From: the human T2T-CHM13v2.0 reference genome, Homo sapiens
DNA: 64,000 bases
Direction: 5' to 3' (one strand)
Assembly: GCF_009914755.1 (NCBI RefSeq)
Contig: NC_060940.1
Below are positions 44,201 through 59,566 of the stretch, piece by piece (the first letter of the stretch is position 1; each line of letters opens with the position of its first letter). A program made the translations under genes and the position numbers. Below the pieces are notes generated by a model, which saw nothing but the letters and a program-made list of their open reading frames with translations, searched no databases and was not told the origin of the DNA.

Positions 44201-47200
44201 TTGATGATTCTATTCGATTCCATTCAATGATGATTCACTTCTCGTCCATTGGATGATTCCATTTCATTCCATTCGATGATGATTCCATTCGATTCCATTC
44301 GATGATTCCATTTGATTCCATGCGACGGTGAGCAATTCGATTCAATTCCATGATGATTCTATTTGATTCAATTAGATGATGTTTCCATTCGAATCCATTC
44401 CATGATTATTCCATTGGAATCCATTCGGCGATGATTCCATATGAGTCAATTCAATGATGATTCCATATGGGTCCGTTCGATGATAATTCCATTTGATTTC
44501 ATTCGATGCTTCTATTCAATTCCAGTCGATGATGATTCCGTTGGAGTCCATACGATGATTCCATTTGATTTCATTTCATGATGATTCCATTCGGTGACGA
44601 TTACATTGGATTCCATTCTATGATTCCATTCAATTCCATTCGTTGATGATTCGATTCCATTCAATGATGATTCCATTTGAGTTCATTCGGTGATTCTATT
44701 CGATTCCATTCTATGGTGATTCAATTCTCTTATATTGGATGATTCGACTCGATTCCATTTGATGATTATTCCATTGGAGTCCACTTAGTGAATCCTTTAG
44801 ATTCTACTCGAAGATGATTCCATTCGAGTCCATTCGATGATACCATTCAATTCCATTCGTTGATGCTTCCATTCAAGTGCATTCGATGATATCATTCGAT
44901 TCCATTTGATGATAATTCCATTTGATTCCATGCGATGATTCTATTCGATTCCATTCAATGATAATTCCATTCAATTCAGTGATTCCTCTGGACTCCATTT
45001 GATGATGATTCCATTCAATGATTCCATTCGATTCTATTCGAAAATGATTACATTTGAATCCATTTGATGACGATTCCATTCCATTCCATTTGATGATTCC
45101 ATACTATTCTATTCGATGATGATTCCATTCGATTCCATTCGATGATGATTGGATTCGATTCCATTTGATGATTTCATTTGATTCCATTCGTTAATGATTT
45201 CGATCAATTCCACTCGATGATTCCATTCGATTCCATTCGATAATGATTACATCCGAGTCCATTCGATGATTCCATTTGAGCCTGTTCGATAATTCCATTT
45301 GAGTCCAACCAATGATTCCATTCATTTCCATTCAATGATTCCATTCGAGTCCATTTGATCATTCCGGTAGGGTCCATTCGATGTTGATTCCATTGGAGTG
45401 CATTCGATGATTCCATTCGAGTCCATTTTAGGATTTGATTCGAGTCCTTTCGATGATTCCATTCGATTCCACTCGATGATGATTTCATTCGAGTCCATTC
45501 GACACTTCCAATCGATTCCATTTGATGATTCCATTCGAGTCCTATTGATGATTCCATTCAATTCCATTCGATGATGATTCCGTACGATTCCATTCTGTGA
45601 TGATTCCATGTGATTGCATTCAATGATGATTCCTTTCGATTGCATTCGATTATGATTCATTTCGTCTTCATTCTATGGTTCCACAGGTTTCCATTCGTGT
45701 CCATTCCATTATTCCATTCTATTCCATTTGATGATGATTCCATTCGATTCCATTCATTGGTGATTCCACTCAATTCCATTCAATGATTCCATTCCATTTC
45801 TTTCAACAATGATTCCATTAGTTTCTAATCGATGATCCACTTGATTCCATTTGACGATGATTCCATTCTTGTCCATTCGATGATTCCATTTGATTCCATA
45901 TGATGATGATTCCATTCGATTCCATACCATGATGATTCCATTCGAGTCCATTCAATGGTGATTCCATTCAATTCCATTCGATGATTCCTTTCGATTCCAT
46001 TCGATGATGATGGCATTCGATTCCTTTCAATCATTCCCTTTGATTCCATTCAAAGGTGATTTCATTCAAGTCCCTTCGATAATTGCATTCGATTCCATTC
46101 TATGATGATTCCATTCGAGTCCATTTGATGATTCCATTCAATTCAAGTCAATGATGATTCCATTCGATTCCATTCGATGATTCCATTGGATTCCATTCGA
46201 TGATGATTCCATTCAAATCCATTCGATAATTCAATTCAAGTCCATTCGATGATGATTCCAATCGAATCCATTCAAAGATTCCATTCAGTTCCATTCGATG
46301 ATTCCCTTGGATTCCATTCGATGATTCCACTTGATTGCATTTACGATGATTCCATTCGATTCCATGTGATGATTCCATTCAATTCTATTCAATGATGTCT
46401 CCATTTGATTCCATTCGACCATGATTGCCTTTGATTCCATTCAATGATTCCATTCGGTTCCGTTTGATGATGATTCCGTTCGATTCCATTTGATGATTCC
46501 ATTTGATTCCATTGGATGAGTCCATTCGATTACATTCGATGATTATTCCATTCGAGTGCATTAGATGATTCCATTCGAGTCCATTCGATGATTCCATTCG
46601 ATTCCATTCGATGTTGATTCTGTTCAAATCCATTCGATGATTCCACTCGATTCCATTCGTTGACTCCATTTGATCCCATTCGATGATTTCCTTTGATTCC
46701 CTTTGATGATCATTCCATTTGATTCAATTCGGTGATTTCATTTGATTCCATTCAGTGATGTTTCCATTCGACTCCATTCGATGATGATTCCATTCGACTC
46801 CATTCGATTATGATTTCATTCAATTCCATTCGATAATGATTCCCTTCGAGTCCATTCGATGATTCCATTCGATTCCATTCAACGATGATTTGATTCGTGT
46901 CCATTCGATGATTCCATTTGATTCCACTTGATGATGATTCCATTCGAGTCCATTTGATGATTCCATTCAATTCCATACTCCGATGATTTCTTTTGAGCCC
47001 ACTCAATGCTTCCACTCGATTCCATATGATGATGACTCCATTCGATGAAATTCGATGATGATTCCATTCGCTTGCTTTCGATGATGATTCCACTTGAGTC
47101 CGTTAGAAGATTCTATTCAATTACATTCCAGGACGATTCCGTTCGAGTCCATTTGATGATTCCATTAGACTCCATTCGACGATGATTCCATTCGATGTTA

Positions 47201-47343
47201 TTCCATGATTCCATTCGATCTCATTCGATGATGATTCCATTCAACTCCATTCGATGTTTCCATTCGAGTTCATTCTATTATTCCATTAGATTCCATTCGA
47301 TGATGATTCCATTCGATTCCATTTGATGATTGCATTCTATTTC
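41282..47343 (+). repeat. Variant unit U8 (6,062 bp; 1-bp deletion at ~41526 and the same 49-bp shortening at ~45070-45105)
   Basis: Offset to U1 shifts 41281->41280 (ORF 41679)->41231 (ORF 45204). Confidence 0.92.
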
Positions 47344-50300
47344 ATTTGATGATGATTCCATTCGAGTCCACTCGATGATTCCATTCGAGTCCATTTAATG
47401 AATCCATTGGTTTCAATTCTATGATGATTACATTGGATTCCATTCGTTGATGATTTCATTCAGTTCCATTCAATGATGATTCCATTCAATTCCTTTCAAT
47501 GTTTCCATTCAATTCCATACGATGATGATTCCATTTGATTTGATTCGACAGTGAGCCATTCGATTCAATTTCATGATGATTCTATTTATTCAATTGGTTG
47601 ACATTTCCATTCGATTCCATTCGATGATGATTCCCTTTGATTCCATTCAAAGATGATTCCATTCTAGCCCATTCAATCATTCCATTCGATTCTATTCAAT
47701 GATGATTCCATTCATGTCGATTTGGTGATTCCATTTGACTTCATTTGATGATGATTCCTTTCAAGTTCATTAGATGATTCCATTCGATTCCATTTGATGA
47801 TGATCCCATTCGAGTCCATTCAGTGATTCCATTCGTTTCCATTCCATGATGATTCCATTCCTTTCCATTCAATGATTCCATTCGATTCCGTTTGATGATG
47901 ATTTCATTCGAGTCCATTTGATGATTCCATTTGATTCCATTCGATGATGATTCCATTCGAGTCCATTCGATGATTCTATGCGAATCCATTTGATGATTTC
48001 TTTTGATTATATTTGGTGATGATTCCATTGGAGTCCATTCAATGATTCCATTCTATTCCAATCGATGATGATTCCATTAGAGTCCATTTAATGATTCCAT
48101 TTGATTCCAGTCTCTGATGATTACATTCGAGTCCATACGATGATTCCACTCAATTCCATATGATGATGATTCCATTCGATTCCATTCGGTGATTCCATTC
48201 TATTCTATTCAATGGTGATTCCATTCGAGTACATTAGATGATTCCATTCGATTCCATTCAATGATGATTCTATTTGTGTCCCTTAGATGATTCCACATGA
48301 TTCCATTAGATGATGATACTATTTGAGCCCATCCAATGATTCCCTTCGATTCCATTCGATGAGGATTCCATTCGATTCAATTCATTGGTGATTCTATTCA
48401 ATTCAATTCTTTGATTCCATTCCATTCCATTAGACAATGATTCCATTCGATTTCTTTCGATGATTCCACTCGATTCCACTTGACATTGATTCCATTCGAT
48501 TCCATTCAATGATTCCATTTGATTCCAGTGGATGATGATTGCCATCGATTCCATTCGATCACTCCATTCTATTCCATTTGATGATGATTACATTCGATTC
48601 CATTTGATGATTCCATCTGATTCTATTCGAGGATTCCATTTGATTCCATTCGATGATGATTCCATTCGAGTCCATTCGATGATTTCATTCAAGTACATCC
48701 AATGACTCCATTCGAGTCCATTAGATGATTCCATTTGATTCCATTTGAAAATGATTCTACTAGCGTCCATTCAATGACTCCATTCGATTCCATTCAACAA
48801 TTCCATTCGACTCCATTCGATGATTCCATTCGATTCCATTTGATGGTTCCATTCGAGTCCATTTAATCATTACAGTCGAGTCCATTTGGTGATTCCACTG
48901 GATTTCTTTTGATAATGATACCATTCAATTACATTTGATGATGATCCCATTCAATTTCATTTGATGATGATTCCATTAGAGTCCATTCGATGATTTCATT
49001 CGAGTCCCTTCATTGATTCCATCCGATTTCATTGGATGATGACTCCATTCGAGTCCATTCGATGATGCCACTCGATTCCATTAGTTGATTCCATTGGAGT
49101 CCATTTGATTGTTCCATTCGATTCCATTCGATTCCTTTCGAAGATTATTCCATTTGAGTCCATTCGATGATGATTCCATTCCATTCCATTCGATGATTCC
49201 GTTTGATTCCATTCGATGATTCCCTTCGATTCCTTTCTGTGATGATTCCATTCCATTCCATTCAATGATTCCATTCGAATCTATTCCATGATGATTCCTT
49301 TCGATTCCATTCGCTGATGTTTCCGTTCAATTCCATTCGATGATGATTCCATTCGATCCCATTCATTGAGGATTCCATTTGATTCCATTCAATGATGATT
49401 CCATTCTATTCCATTCAATGATTGCATTCAATTCCATTCAATGATTATCCCCTTAGAGTAAACTCAACGATTCCATTCAATACCATTCGATGATGATTCC
49501 TTTTGAGTCCATTCAATGATTTCATTCAAGTCCATTTGATGATTCCTTTCAATTCCATTCTATGATGATTCCATTCGAGTCCATTCGATGATTCCATTCG
49601 ATTGCATTCGATGATTCCATTATATTCCATTCAACGGTGATTCCATTCGAGTCCATTCGATGATTCCATTAGAGTACATTTAATGATTGCTTTGTTTTCA
49701 ATTCGAAGATGATTACATTGGATTCCATTCTATGATACCATTCGATTCCATTCAATGATGATTCCACTCAAATCCATTGGATGATTCCATTCGTGTCCAT
49801 TCGGTGATTTCATTACATTCCATTCGAGGATGATTCCATTCGATTCCATTCGATGATTCCATTCAATTCCATTCGATGATGATTCCATTCCAGTCCATAT
49901 GATCATTCCATTTGATTTCATTCGATGATGATTCCATTCGATTCCTTTCGACGATTCCATTCTATTCCATTCGATGATGATTCCATTCGAGTCCATTCGA
50001 TGATTCCATTCGAGTCCATTTAATGATTCCATTGGGTTCAATTCAATGATGATTACATTGGATTCCGTTCTATGATTCCATTCAATTCCGTTCATTGACA
50101 ATTTGATTCCATTCGATGATGATTCCATTTGAGTTCATTCGATGATTCTATTCGATTCTCTTCGATGGTGATTCAATTCTATTATATTGGATGATTCCAT
50201 TCGATTCCATTTGATGTTGATTCAATTCGATTCTATTCGATGATGATTCCATTGGATTTCACTTGATGATTCTATTCGATTCCATTCAATGATGATTCAC

Positions 50301-53300
50301 TTCTCGTCCATTGGATGATTCCATTTCATTCCATTCGATGATGATTCCATTCGATTCCATTCGATGATTCCATTTGATTCCATGCGACGGTGAGCAATTC
50401 GATTCAATTCCATGATGATTCTATTTGATTCAATTAGATGATGTTTCCATTCGAATCCATTCCATGATTATTCCATTGGAATCCATTCGGCGATGATTCC
50501 ATATGAGTCAATTCAATGATGATTCCATATGGGTCCGTTCGATGATAATTCCATTTGATTTCATTCGATGCTTCTATTCTATTCCAGTCGATGATGATTC
50601 CGTTGGAGTCCATACGATGATTCCATTTGATTTCATTTGATGATGATTCCATTCGATGATGATTACATTGGATTCCATTCTATGATTCCATTCAATTCCA
50701 TTCGTTGATGATTCGATTCCATTCAATGATGATTCCATTTGAGTTCATTCGATGATTCTATTCGATTCCGTTCGATGGTGATTCAATTCTATTATATTGG
50801 ATGATTCCACTCGATTCCATTTGATGATTATTCCATTGGAGTCCACTTAGTGAATCCTTTAGATTCTACTCGACGATGATTCCATTCGAGTCCATTCGAT
50901 GATACCATTCAATTCCATTCGTTGATGCTTCCATTCAAGTGCATTCGATGATATCATTCGATTCCATTTGATGATAATTCCATTTGATTCCATGCGATGA
51001 TTCTATTCGATTCCATTCAATGATAATTCCATTCAATTCAGTGATTCCTCTGGACTCCATTTGATGATGATTCCATTCAATGATTCCATTCGATTCTATT
51101 CGAAAATGATTCCATTTGAATCCATTTGATGATGATTCCATTAGATTCCATTTGATGATTCCATTCGATTCCATTCGACGATGATTCCATTCGATTCCGT
51201 TTGATGATTCCATTCTATTCTATTCGATGATGATTCCATTCGATTCCATTCGATGATGATTGGATTCGATTCCATTGGATGATTTCATTTGATTCCATTC
51301 GTTAATGATTTCGATCAATTCCATTCGATGATTCCATTCGATTCCATTCGATAATGATTACATCCGAGTCCATTCGATGATTCCCTTTGAGCCTGTTCGA
51401 TAATTCCATTTGAGTCCAACCAATGATTCCATTCATTTCCATTCAATGATTCCATTCGAGTCCATTTGATCATTCCGGTAGGGTCCATTCGATGTTGATT
51501 CCATTGGAGTGCATTCGATGATTCCATTCGAGTCCATTTTAGGATTTGATTCGAGTCCTTTCGATGATTCCATTCGATTCCACTCGATGATGATTTCATT
51601 CGAGTCCATTCGACACTTCCAATCGATTCCATTTGATGATTCCATTCGAGTCCAATTGATGATTCCATTCAATTCCATTCGATGATGATTCCGTACGATT
51701 CCATTCTGTGATGATTCCATGTGATTGCATTCAATGATGATTCCTTTCGATTGCATTCGATTATGATTCATTTCGTGTTCATTCTATGGTTCCACAGGTT
51801 TCCATTCGTGTCCATTCCATTATTCCATTCTATTCCATTTGATGATGATTCCATTCGATTCCATTCATTGGTGATTCCACTCAATTCCATTCAATGATTC
51901 CATTCCATTTCTTTCAACAATGATTCCATTAGTTTCTAATCGATGATCCACTTGATTCCATTTGACGACGATTCCATTCTTGTCCATTCGATGATTCCAT
52001 TTGATTCCATATGATGATGATTCCATTCGATTCCATACCATGATGATTCCATTCGAGTCCATTCAATGGTGATTCCATTCAATTACATTCGATGATTCCT
52101 TTCGATTCCATTCGATGATGATGGCATTCGATTCCTTTCAATCATTCCCTTTGATTCCATTCAAAGGTGATTTCATTCAAGTCCATTCGATAATTGCATT
52201 CGATTCCATTCTATGATGATTCCATTCGAGTCCATTTGATGATTCCATTCAATTCAAGTCAATGATGATTCCATTCGATTCCATTCGATGATTCCATTGG
52301 ATTCCATTCGATGATGATTCCATTCAAATCCTTTCGATAATTCAATTCAACTCCATTCGATGATGATTCCAATCGAATCCATTCAAAGATTCCATTCAGT
52401 TCCATTCGATGATTCCCTTAGATTCCATTCGATGATTCCACTTGATTGCATTTACGATGATTCCATTCGATTCCATGTGATGATTCCATTCAATTCTATT
52501 CAATGATGTCTCCATTTGATTCCATTCGACCATGATTGCCTTTGATTCCATTCAATGATTCCATTCGGTTCCGTTTGATGATGATTCCGTTCGATTCCAT
52601 TTGATGATTCCATTTGATTCCATTGGATGGGTCCATTCGATTACATTCGATGATTATTCCATTCGAGTGCATTAGATGATTCCATTCGAGTCCATTCGAT
52701 GATTCCATTCGATTCCATTCGATGTTGATTCTGTTCAAATCCATTCGATGATTCCACTCGATTCCATTCGTTGTCTCCATTTGATCCCATTCGATGATTT
52801 CCTTTGATTCCCTTTGATGATCATTCCATTTGATTCAATTCGGTGATTTCATTTGATTCCATTCAGTGATGTTTCCATTCGACTCCATTCGATGATGATT
52901 CCATTCGACTCCATTCGATTATGATTTCATTCAATTCCATTCGATAATGATTCCCTTCGAGTCCATTCGATGATTCCATTTGATTCCATTCAACGATGAT
53001 TTGATTCGTGTCCATTCGATGATTCCATTTGATTCCACTTGATGATGATTCCATTCGAGTCCATTTGATGATTCCATTCAATTCCATACTCCGATGATTT
53101 CTTTTGAGCCCACTCAATGCTTCCACTCGATTCCATATGATGATGACTCCATTCGATGAAATTCGATGATGATTCCATTCGCTTGCTTTCGATGATGATT
53201 CCACTTGAGTCCGTTAGAAGATTCTATTCAATTACATTCCATGACGATTCCGTTCGAGTCCATTTGATGATTCCATTAGACTCCATTCGACGATGATTCC

Positions 53301-53454
53301 ATTCGATGTTATTCCATGATTCCATTCGATCTCATTCGATGATGATTCCATTCAACTCCATTCGATGTTTCCATTCGAGTTCATTCTATTATTCCATTAG
53401 ATTCCATTCGATGATGATTCCATTCGATTCCATTTGATGATTGCATTCTATTTC
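47344..53454 (+). repeat. Higher-order unit U9 (6,111 bp; 1-bp deletion at ~47588 shared with U8)
   Basis: Reads tctatttattcaattgg at 47581 where the canonical unit has tctatttgattcaattgg; ORF offset to U1 is 47342. Confidence 0.92.
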
Positions 53455-56400
53455 ATTTGATGATGATTCCATTCGAGTCCACTCGATGATTCCATTCGAG
53501 TCCATTTAATGAATCCATTGGTTTCAATTCTATGATGATTACATTGGATTACATTCGTTGATGATTTCATTCGGTTCCATTCAATGATGATTCCATTCAA
53601 TTCCTTTCAATGTTTCCATTCAATTCCATACGATGATGATTCCATTTGATTTGATTCGACAGTGAGCCATTCGATTCAATTCCATGATGATTCTATTTGA
53701 TTCAATTGGTTGACATTTCCATTCGATTCCATTCGATGATGATTCCCTTTGATTCCGTTCAAAGATGATTCCATTCTAGCCCATTCAATCATTCCATTCG
53801 ATTCTATTCAATGATGATTCCATTCATGTCGATTTGGTGATTCCATTTGACTTCATTTGATGATGATTCCTTTCAAGTTCATTAGATGATTCCATTCGAT
53901 TCCATTTGATGATGATCCCATTCGAGTCCATTCAGTGATTCCATTCGTTTCCATTCCATGATGATTGCATTCCTTTCCATTCAATGATTCCATTCGATTC
54001 CGTTTGATGATGATTTCATTCGAGTCCATTTGATGATTCCATTTGATTCCATTCGATGATGATTCCATTCGAGTCCATTCGATGATTCTATTCGAATCCA
54101 TTTGATGATTTCTTTTGATTATTTTTGGTGATGATTCCATTGGAGTCCATTCAATGATTCCATTCTATTCCAATCGATGATGATTCCATTAGAGTCCATT
54201 TAATGATTCCATTTGATTCCAGTCTCTGATGATTACATTCGAGTCCATACGATGATTCCACTCAATTCCATATGATGATGATTCCATTTGATTCCATTCG
54301 GTGATTCCATTCTATTCTATTCAATGGTGATTCCATTCGAGTACATTAGATGATTCCATTCGATTCCATTCAATGATGATTCTATTTGTGTCCCTTAGAT
54401 GATTCCACATGATTCCATTAGATGATGATACTATTTGAGCCCATCCAATGATTCCCTTCGATTCCATTCGATGAGGATTCCATTCGATTCAATTCATTGG
54501 TGATTCTATTCAATTCAATTCTTTGATTCCATTCCATTCCATTCGACAATGATTCCATTCGATTTCTTTCGATGATTCCACTCGATTCCACTTGACATTG
54601 ATTCCATTCGATTCCATTCAATGATTCCATTTGATTCCAGTGGATGATGATTGCCATCGATTCCATTCGATCACTCCATTCTATTCCATTTGATGATGAT
54701 TACATTCGATTCCATTTGATGATTCCATCTGATTCTATTCGAGGATTCCATTTGATTCCATTCGATGATGATTCCATTCGAGTCCATTCGATGATTTCAT
54801 TCGAGTACATCCAATGATTCCATTCGAGTCCATTAGATGATTCCATTTGATTCCATTTGAAAATGATTCTACTAGAGTCCATTCAATGACTCCATTCGAG
54901 TCCATTCAACAATTCCATTCGACTCCATTCGATGATTCCATTCGATTCCATTTGATGGTTCCATTCGAGTCCATTTAATCATTACAGTCGAGTCCATTTG
55001 GTGATTCCACTGGATTTCTTTTGATAATGATACCATTCCATTACATTTGATGATGATCCCATTCAATTTCATTTGATGATGATTCCATTAGAGTCCATTC
55101 GATGATTTCATTCGAGTCCCTTCATTGATTCCATCCGATTTCATTGGATGATGACTCCATTCGAGTCCATTCGATGATTCCACTCGATTCCATTAGATGA
55201 CTCCATTGGAGTCCATTTGATTGTTCCATTCGATTCCATTCGATTCCTTTCGAAGATTATTCCATTTGAGTCCATTCGATGATGATTCCATTCCATTCCA
55301 TTCGATGATTCCGTTTGATTCCATTCGATGATTCCCTTCGATTCCTTTCTTTGATGATTCCATTCCATTCCATTCAATGATTCCATTCGAATCTATTCCA
55401 TGATGATTCCTTTCGATTCCATTCGCTGATGTTTCCGTTCAATTCCATTCGATGATGATTCCATTCGATTCCATTCATTGAGGATTCCATTTGATTCCAT
55501 TCAATGATGATTCCATTCTATTCCATTCAATGATTGCATTCAATTCCATTCAATGATTATCCCATTAGAGTAAACTCAACGATTCCATTCAATACCATTC
55601 GATGATGATTCCTTTTGAGTCCATTCAATGATTTCATTCAAGTCCATTTGATGATTCCTTTCAATTCCATTCTATGATGATTCCATTCGAGTCCATTCGA
55701 TGATTCCATTCGATTGCATTCGATGATTCCATTATATTCCATTCAATGATGATTCCATTCGAGTCCATTCGATGTTTCCACTAGAGTACATTTATTGATT
55801 GCTTTGTTTTCAATTCGAAGATGATTACATTGGATTCCATTCTATGATACCATTCGATTCCATTCAATGATGATTCCACTCAAATCCATTGGATGATTCC
55901 ATTCGCGTCCATTCGGTGATTTCATTAGATTCCATTCGAGGATGATTCCATTCGATTCCATTCGATGATTCCATTCAATTCCATTCGATGATGATTCCAT
56001 TCCAGTCCATATGATCATTCCATTTGATTTCATTCGATGATGATTCCATTCGATTCCATTCGACGATTCCATTCTATTCCATTCGATGATGATTCCATTC
56101 GAGTCCATTCGATCAATCCATTCGAGTCCATTTAATGATTCCATTGGGTTCAATTCAATGATGATTACATTGGATTCCGTTCTATGATTCCATTCAATTC
56201 CGTTCATTGACAATTTGATTCCATTCGATGATGATTCCATTTGAGTTCATTCGATGATTCTATTCGATTCTCTTCGATGGTGATTCAATTCTATTATATT
56301 GGATGATTCCATTCGATTCCATTTGATGTTGATTCAATTCGATTCTATTCGATGATGATTCCATTGGATTTCACTTGATGATTCTATTCGATTCCATTCA

Positions 56401-59400
56401 ATGATGATTCACTTCTCGTCCATTGGATGATTCCATTTCATTCCATTCGATGATGATTCCATTCGATTCCATTCGTTGATTCCATTTGATTCCATGCGAC
56501 GGTGAGCAATTCGATTCAATTCCATGATGATTCTATTTGATTCAATTAGATGATGTTTCCATTCGAATCCATTCCATGATTATTCCATTGGAATCCATTC
56601 GGCGATGATTCCATATGAGTCAATTCAATGATGATTCCATATGGGTCCGTTCGATGATAATTCCATTTGATTTCATTCGATGCTTCTATTCTATTCTAGT
56701 CGGTGATGATTCCGTTGGAGTCCATACGATGATTCCATTTGATTTCATTTGATGATGATTCCATTCGATGATGATTACATTGGATTCCATTCTATGATTC
56801 CATTCAATTCCATTCGTTGATGATTCGATTCCATTCAATGATGATTCCATTTGAGTTCATTCGATGATTCTATTCGATTCCGTTCGATGGTGATTCAATT
56901 CTATTATATTGGATGATTCCACTCGATTCCATTTGATGATTATTCCATTGGAGTCCACTTAGTGAATCCTTTAGATTCTACTCGACGATGATTCCATTCG
57001 AGTCCATTCGATGATACCATTCAATTCCATTCGTTGATGCTTCCATTCAAGTGCATTCGATGATATCATTCGATTCCATTTGATGATAATTCCATTTGAT
57101 TCCATGCGATGATTCTATTCGATTCCATTCAATGATAATTCCATTCAATTCAGTGATTCCTCTGGACTCCATTTGATGATGATTCCATTCAATGATTCCA
57201 TTCGATTCTATTCGAAAATGATTCCATTTGAATCCATTTGATGATGATTCCATTAGATTCCATTTGATGATTCCATTCGATTCCATTCGACGATGATTCC
57301 ATTCGATTCCGTTTGATGATTCCATTCTATTCTATTCGATGATGATTCCATTCGATTCCATTCGATGATGATTGGATTCGATTCCATTGGATGATTTCAT
57401 TTGATTCCATTCGTTAATGATTTCGATCAATTCCATTCGATGATTCCATTCGATTCCATTCGATAATGATTACATCCGAGTCCATTCGATGATTCCCTTT
57501 GAGCCTGTTCGATAATTCCATTTGAGTCCAACCAATGATTCCATTCATTTCCATTCAATGATTCCATTCGAGTCCATTTGATCATTCCGGTAGGGTCCAT
57601 TCGATGTTGATTCCATTGGAGTGCATTCGATGATTCCATTCGAGTCCATTTTAGGATTTGATTCGAGTCCTTTCGATGATTCCATTCGATTCCACTCGAT
57701 GATGATTTCATTCGAGTCCATTCGACACTTCCAATCGATTCCATTTGATGATTCCATTCGAGTCCAATTGATGATTCCATTCAATTCCATTCGATGATGA
57801 TTCCGTACGATTCCATTCTGTGATGATTCCATGTGATTGCATTCAATGATGATTCCTTTCGATTGCATTCGATTATGATTCATTTCGTGTTCATTCTATG
57901 GTTCCACAGGTTTCCATTCGTGTCCATTCCATTATTCCATTCTATTCCATTTGATGATGATTCCATTCGATTCCATTCATTGGTGATTCCACTCAATTCC
58001 ATTCAATGATTCCATTCCATTTCTTTCAACAATGATTCCATTAGTTTCTAATCGATGATCCACTTGATTCCATTTGACGACGATTCCATTCTTGTCCATT
58101 CGATGATTCCATTTGATTCCATATGATGATGATTCCATTCGATTCCATACCATGATGATTCCATTCGAGTCCATTCAATGGTGATTCCATTCAATTCCAT
58201 TCGATGATTCCTTTTGATTCCATTCGATGATGATGGCATTCGATTCCTTTCAATCATTCCCTTTGATTCCATTCAAAGGTGATTTCATTCAAGTCCATTC
58301 GATAATTGCATTCGATTCCATTCTATGATGATTCCATTCGAGTCCATTTGATGATTCCATTCAATTCAAGTCAATGATGATTCCATTCGATTCCATTCGA
58401 TGATTCCATTGGATTCCATTCGATGATGATTCCATTCAAATCCATTCGATAATTCAATTCAAGTCCATTCGATGATGATTCCAATCGAATCCATTCAAAG
58501 ATTCCATTCTGTTCCATTCGATGATTCCCTTAGATTCCATTCGATGATTCCACTTGATTGCATTTACGATGATTCCATTCGATTCCATGTGATGATTCCA
58601 TTCAATTCTATTCAATGATGTCTCCATTTGATTCCATTCGACCATGATTGCCTTTGATTCCATTCAGTGATTCCATTCGGTTCCGTTTGATGATGATTCC
58701 GTTCGATTCCATTTGATGATTCCATTTGATTCCATTGGATGAGTCCATTCGATTACATTCGATGATTATTCCATTCGAGTGCATTAGATGATTCCATTCG
58801 AGTCCATTCGATGATTCCATTCGATTCCATTCGATGTTGATTCTGTTCAAATCCATTCGATGATTCCACTCGATTCCATTCGTTGACTCCATTTGATCCC
58901 ATTCGATGATTTCCTTTGATTCCCTTTGATGATCATTCCATTTGATTCAATTCGGTGATTTCATTTGATTCCATTCAGTGATGTTTCCATTCGACTCCAT
59001 TCGATGATGATTCCATTCGACTCCATTCGATTATGATTTCATTCAATTCCATTCGATAATGATTCCCTTCGAGTCCATTCGATGATTCCATTCGATTCCA
59101 TTCAACGATGATTTGATTCGTGTCCATTCGATGATTCCATTTGATTCCACTTGATGATGATTCCATTCGAGTCCATTTGATGATTCCATTCAATTCCATA
59201 CTCCGATGATTTCTTTTGAGCCCACTCAATGCTTCCACTCGATTCCATATGATGATGACTCCATTCGATGAAATTCGATGATGATTCCATTCGCTTGCTT
59301 TCGATGATGATTCCACTTGAGTCCGTTAGAAGATTCTATTCAATTACATTCCATGACGATTCCGTTCGAGTCCATTTGATGATTCCATTAGACTCCATTC

Positions 59401-59566
59401 GACGATGATTCCATTCGATGTTATTCCATGATTCCATTCGATCTCATTCGATGATGATTCCATTCAACTCCATTCGATGTTTCCATTCGAGTTCATTCTA
59501 TTATTCCATTAGATTCCATTCGATGATGATTCCATTCGATTCCATTTGATGATTGCATTCTATTTC
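53455..59566 (+). repeat. Higher-order unit U10 (6,112 bp)
   Basis: ORF 53853->59965 is +6112. Confidence 0.93.
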
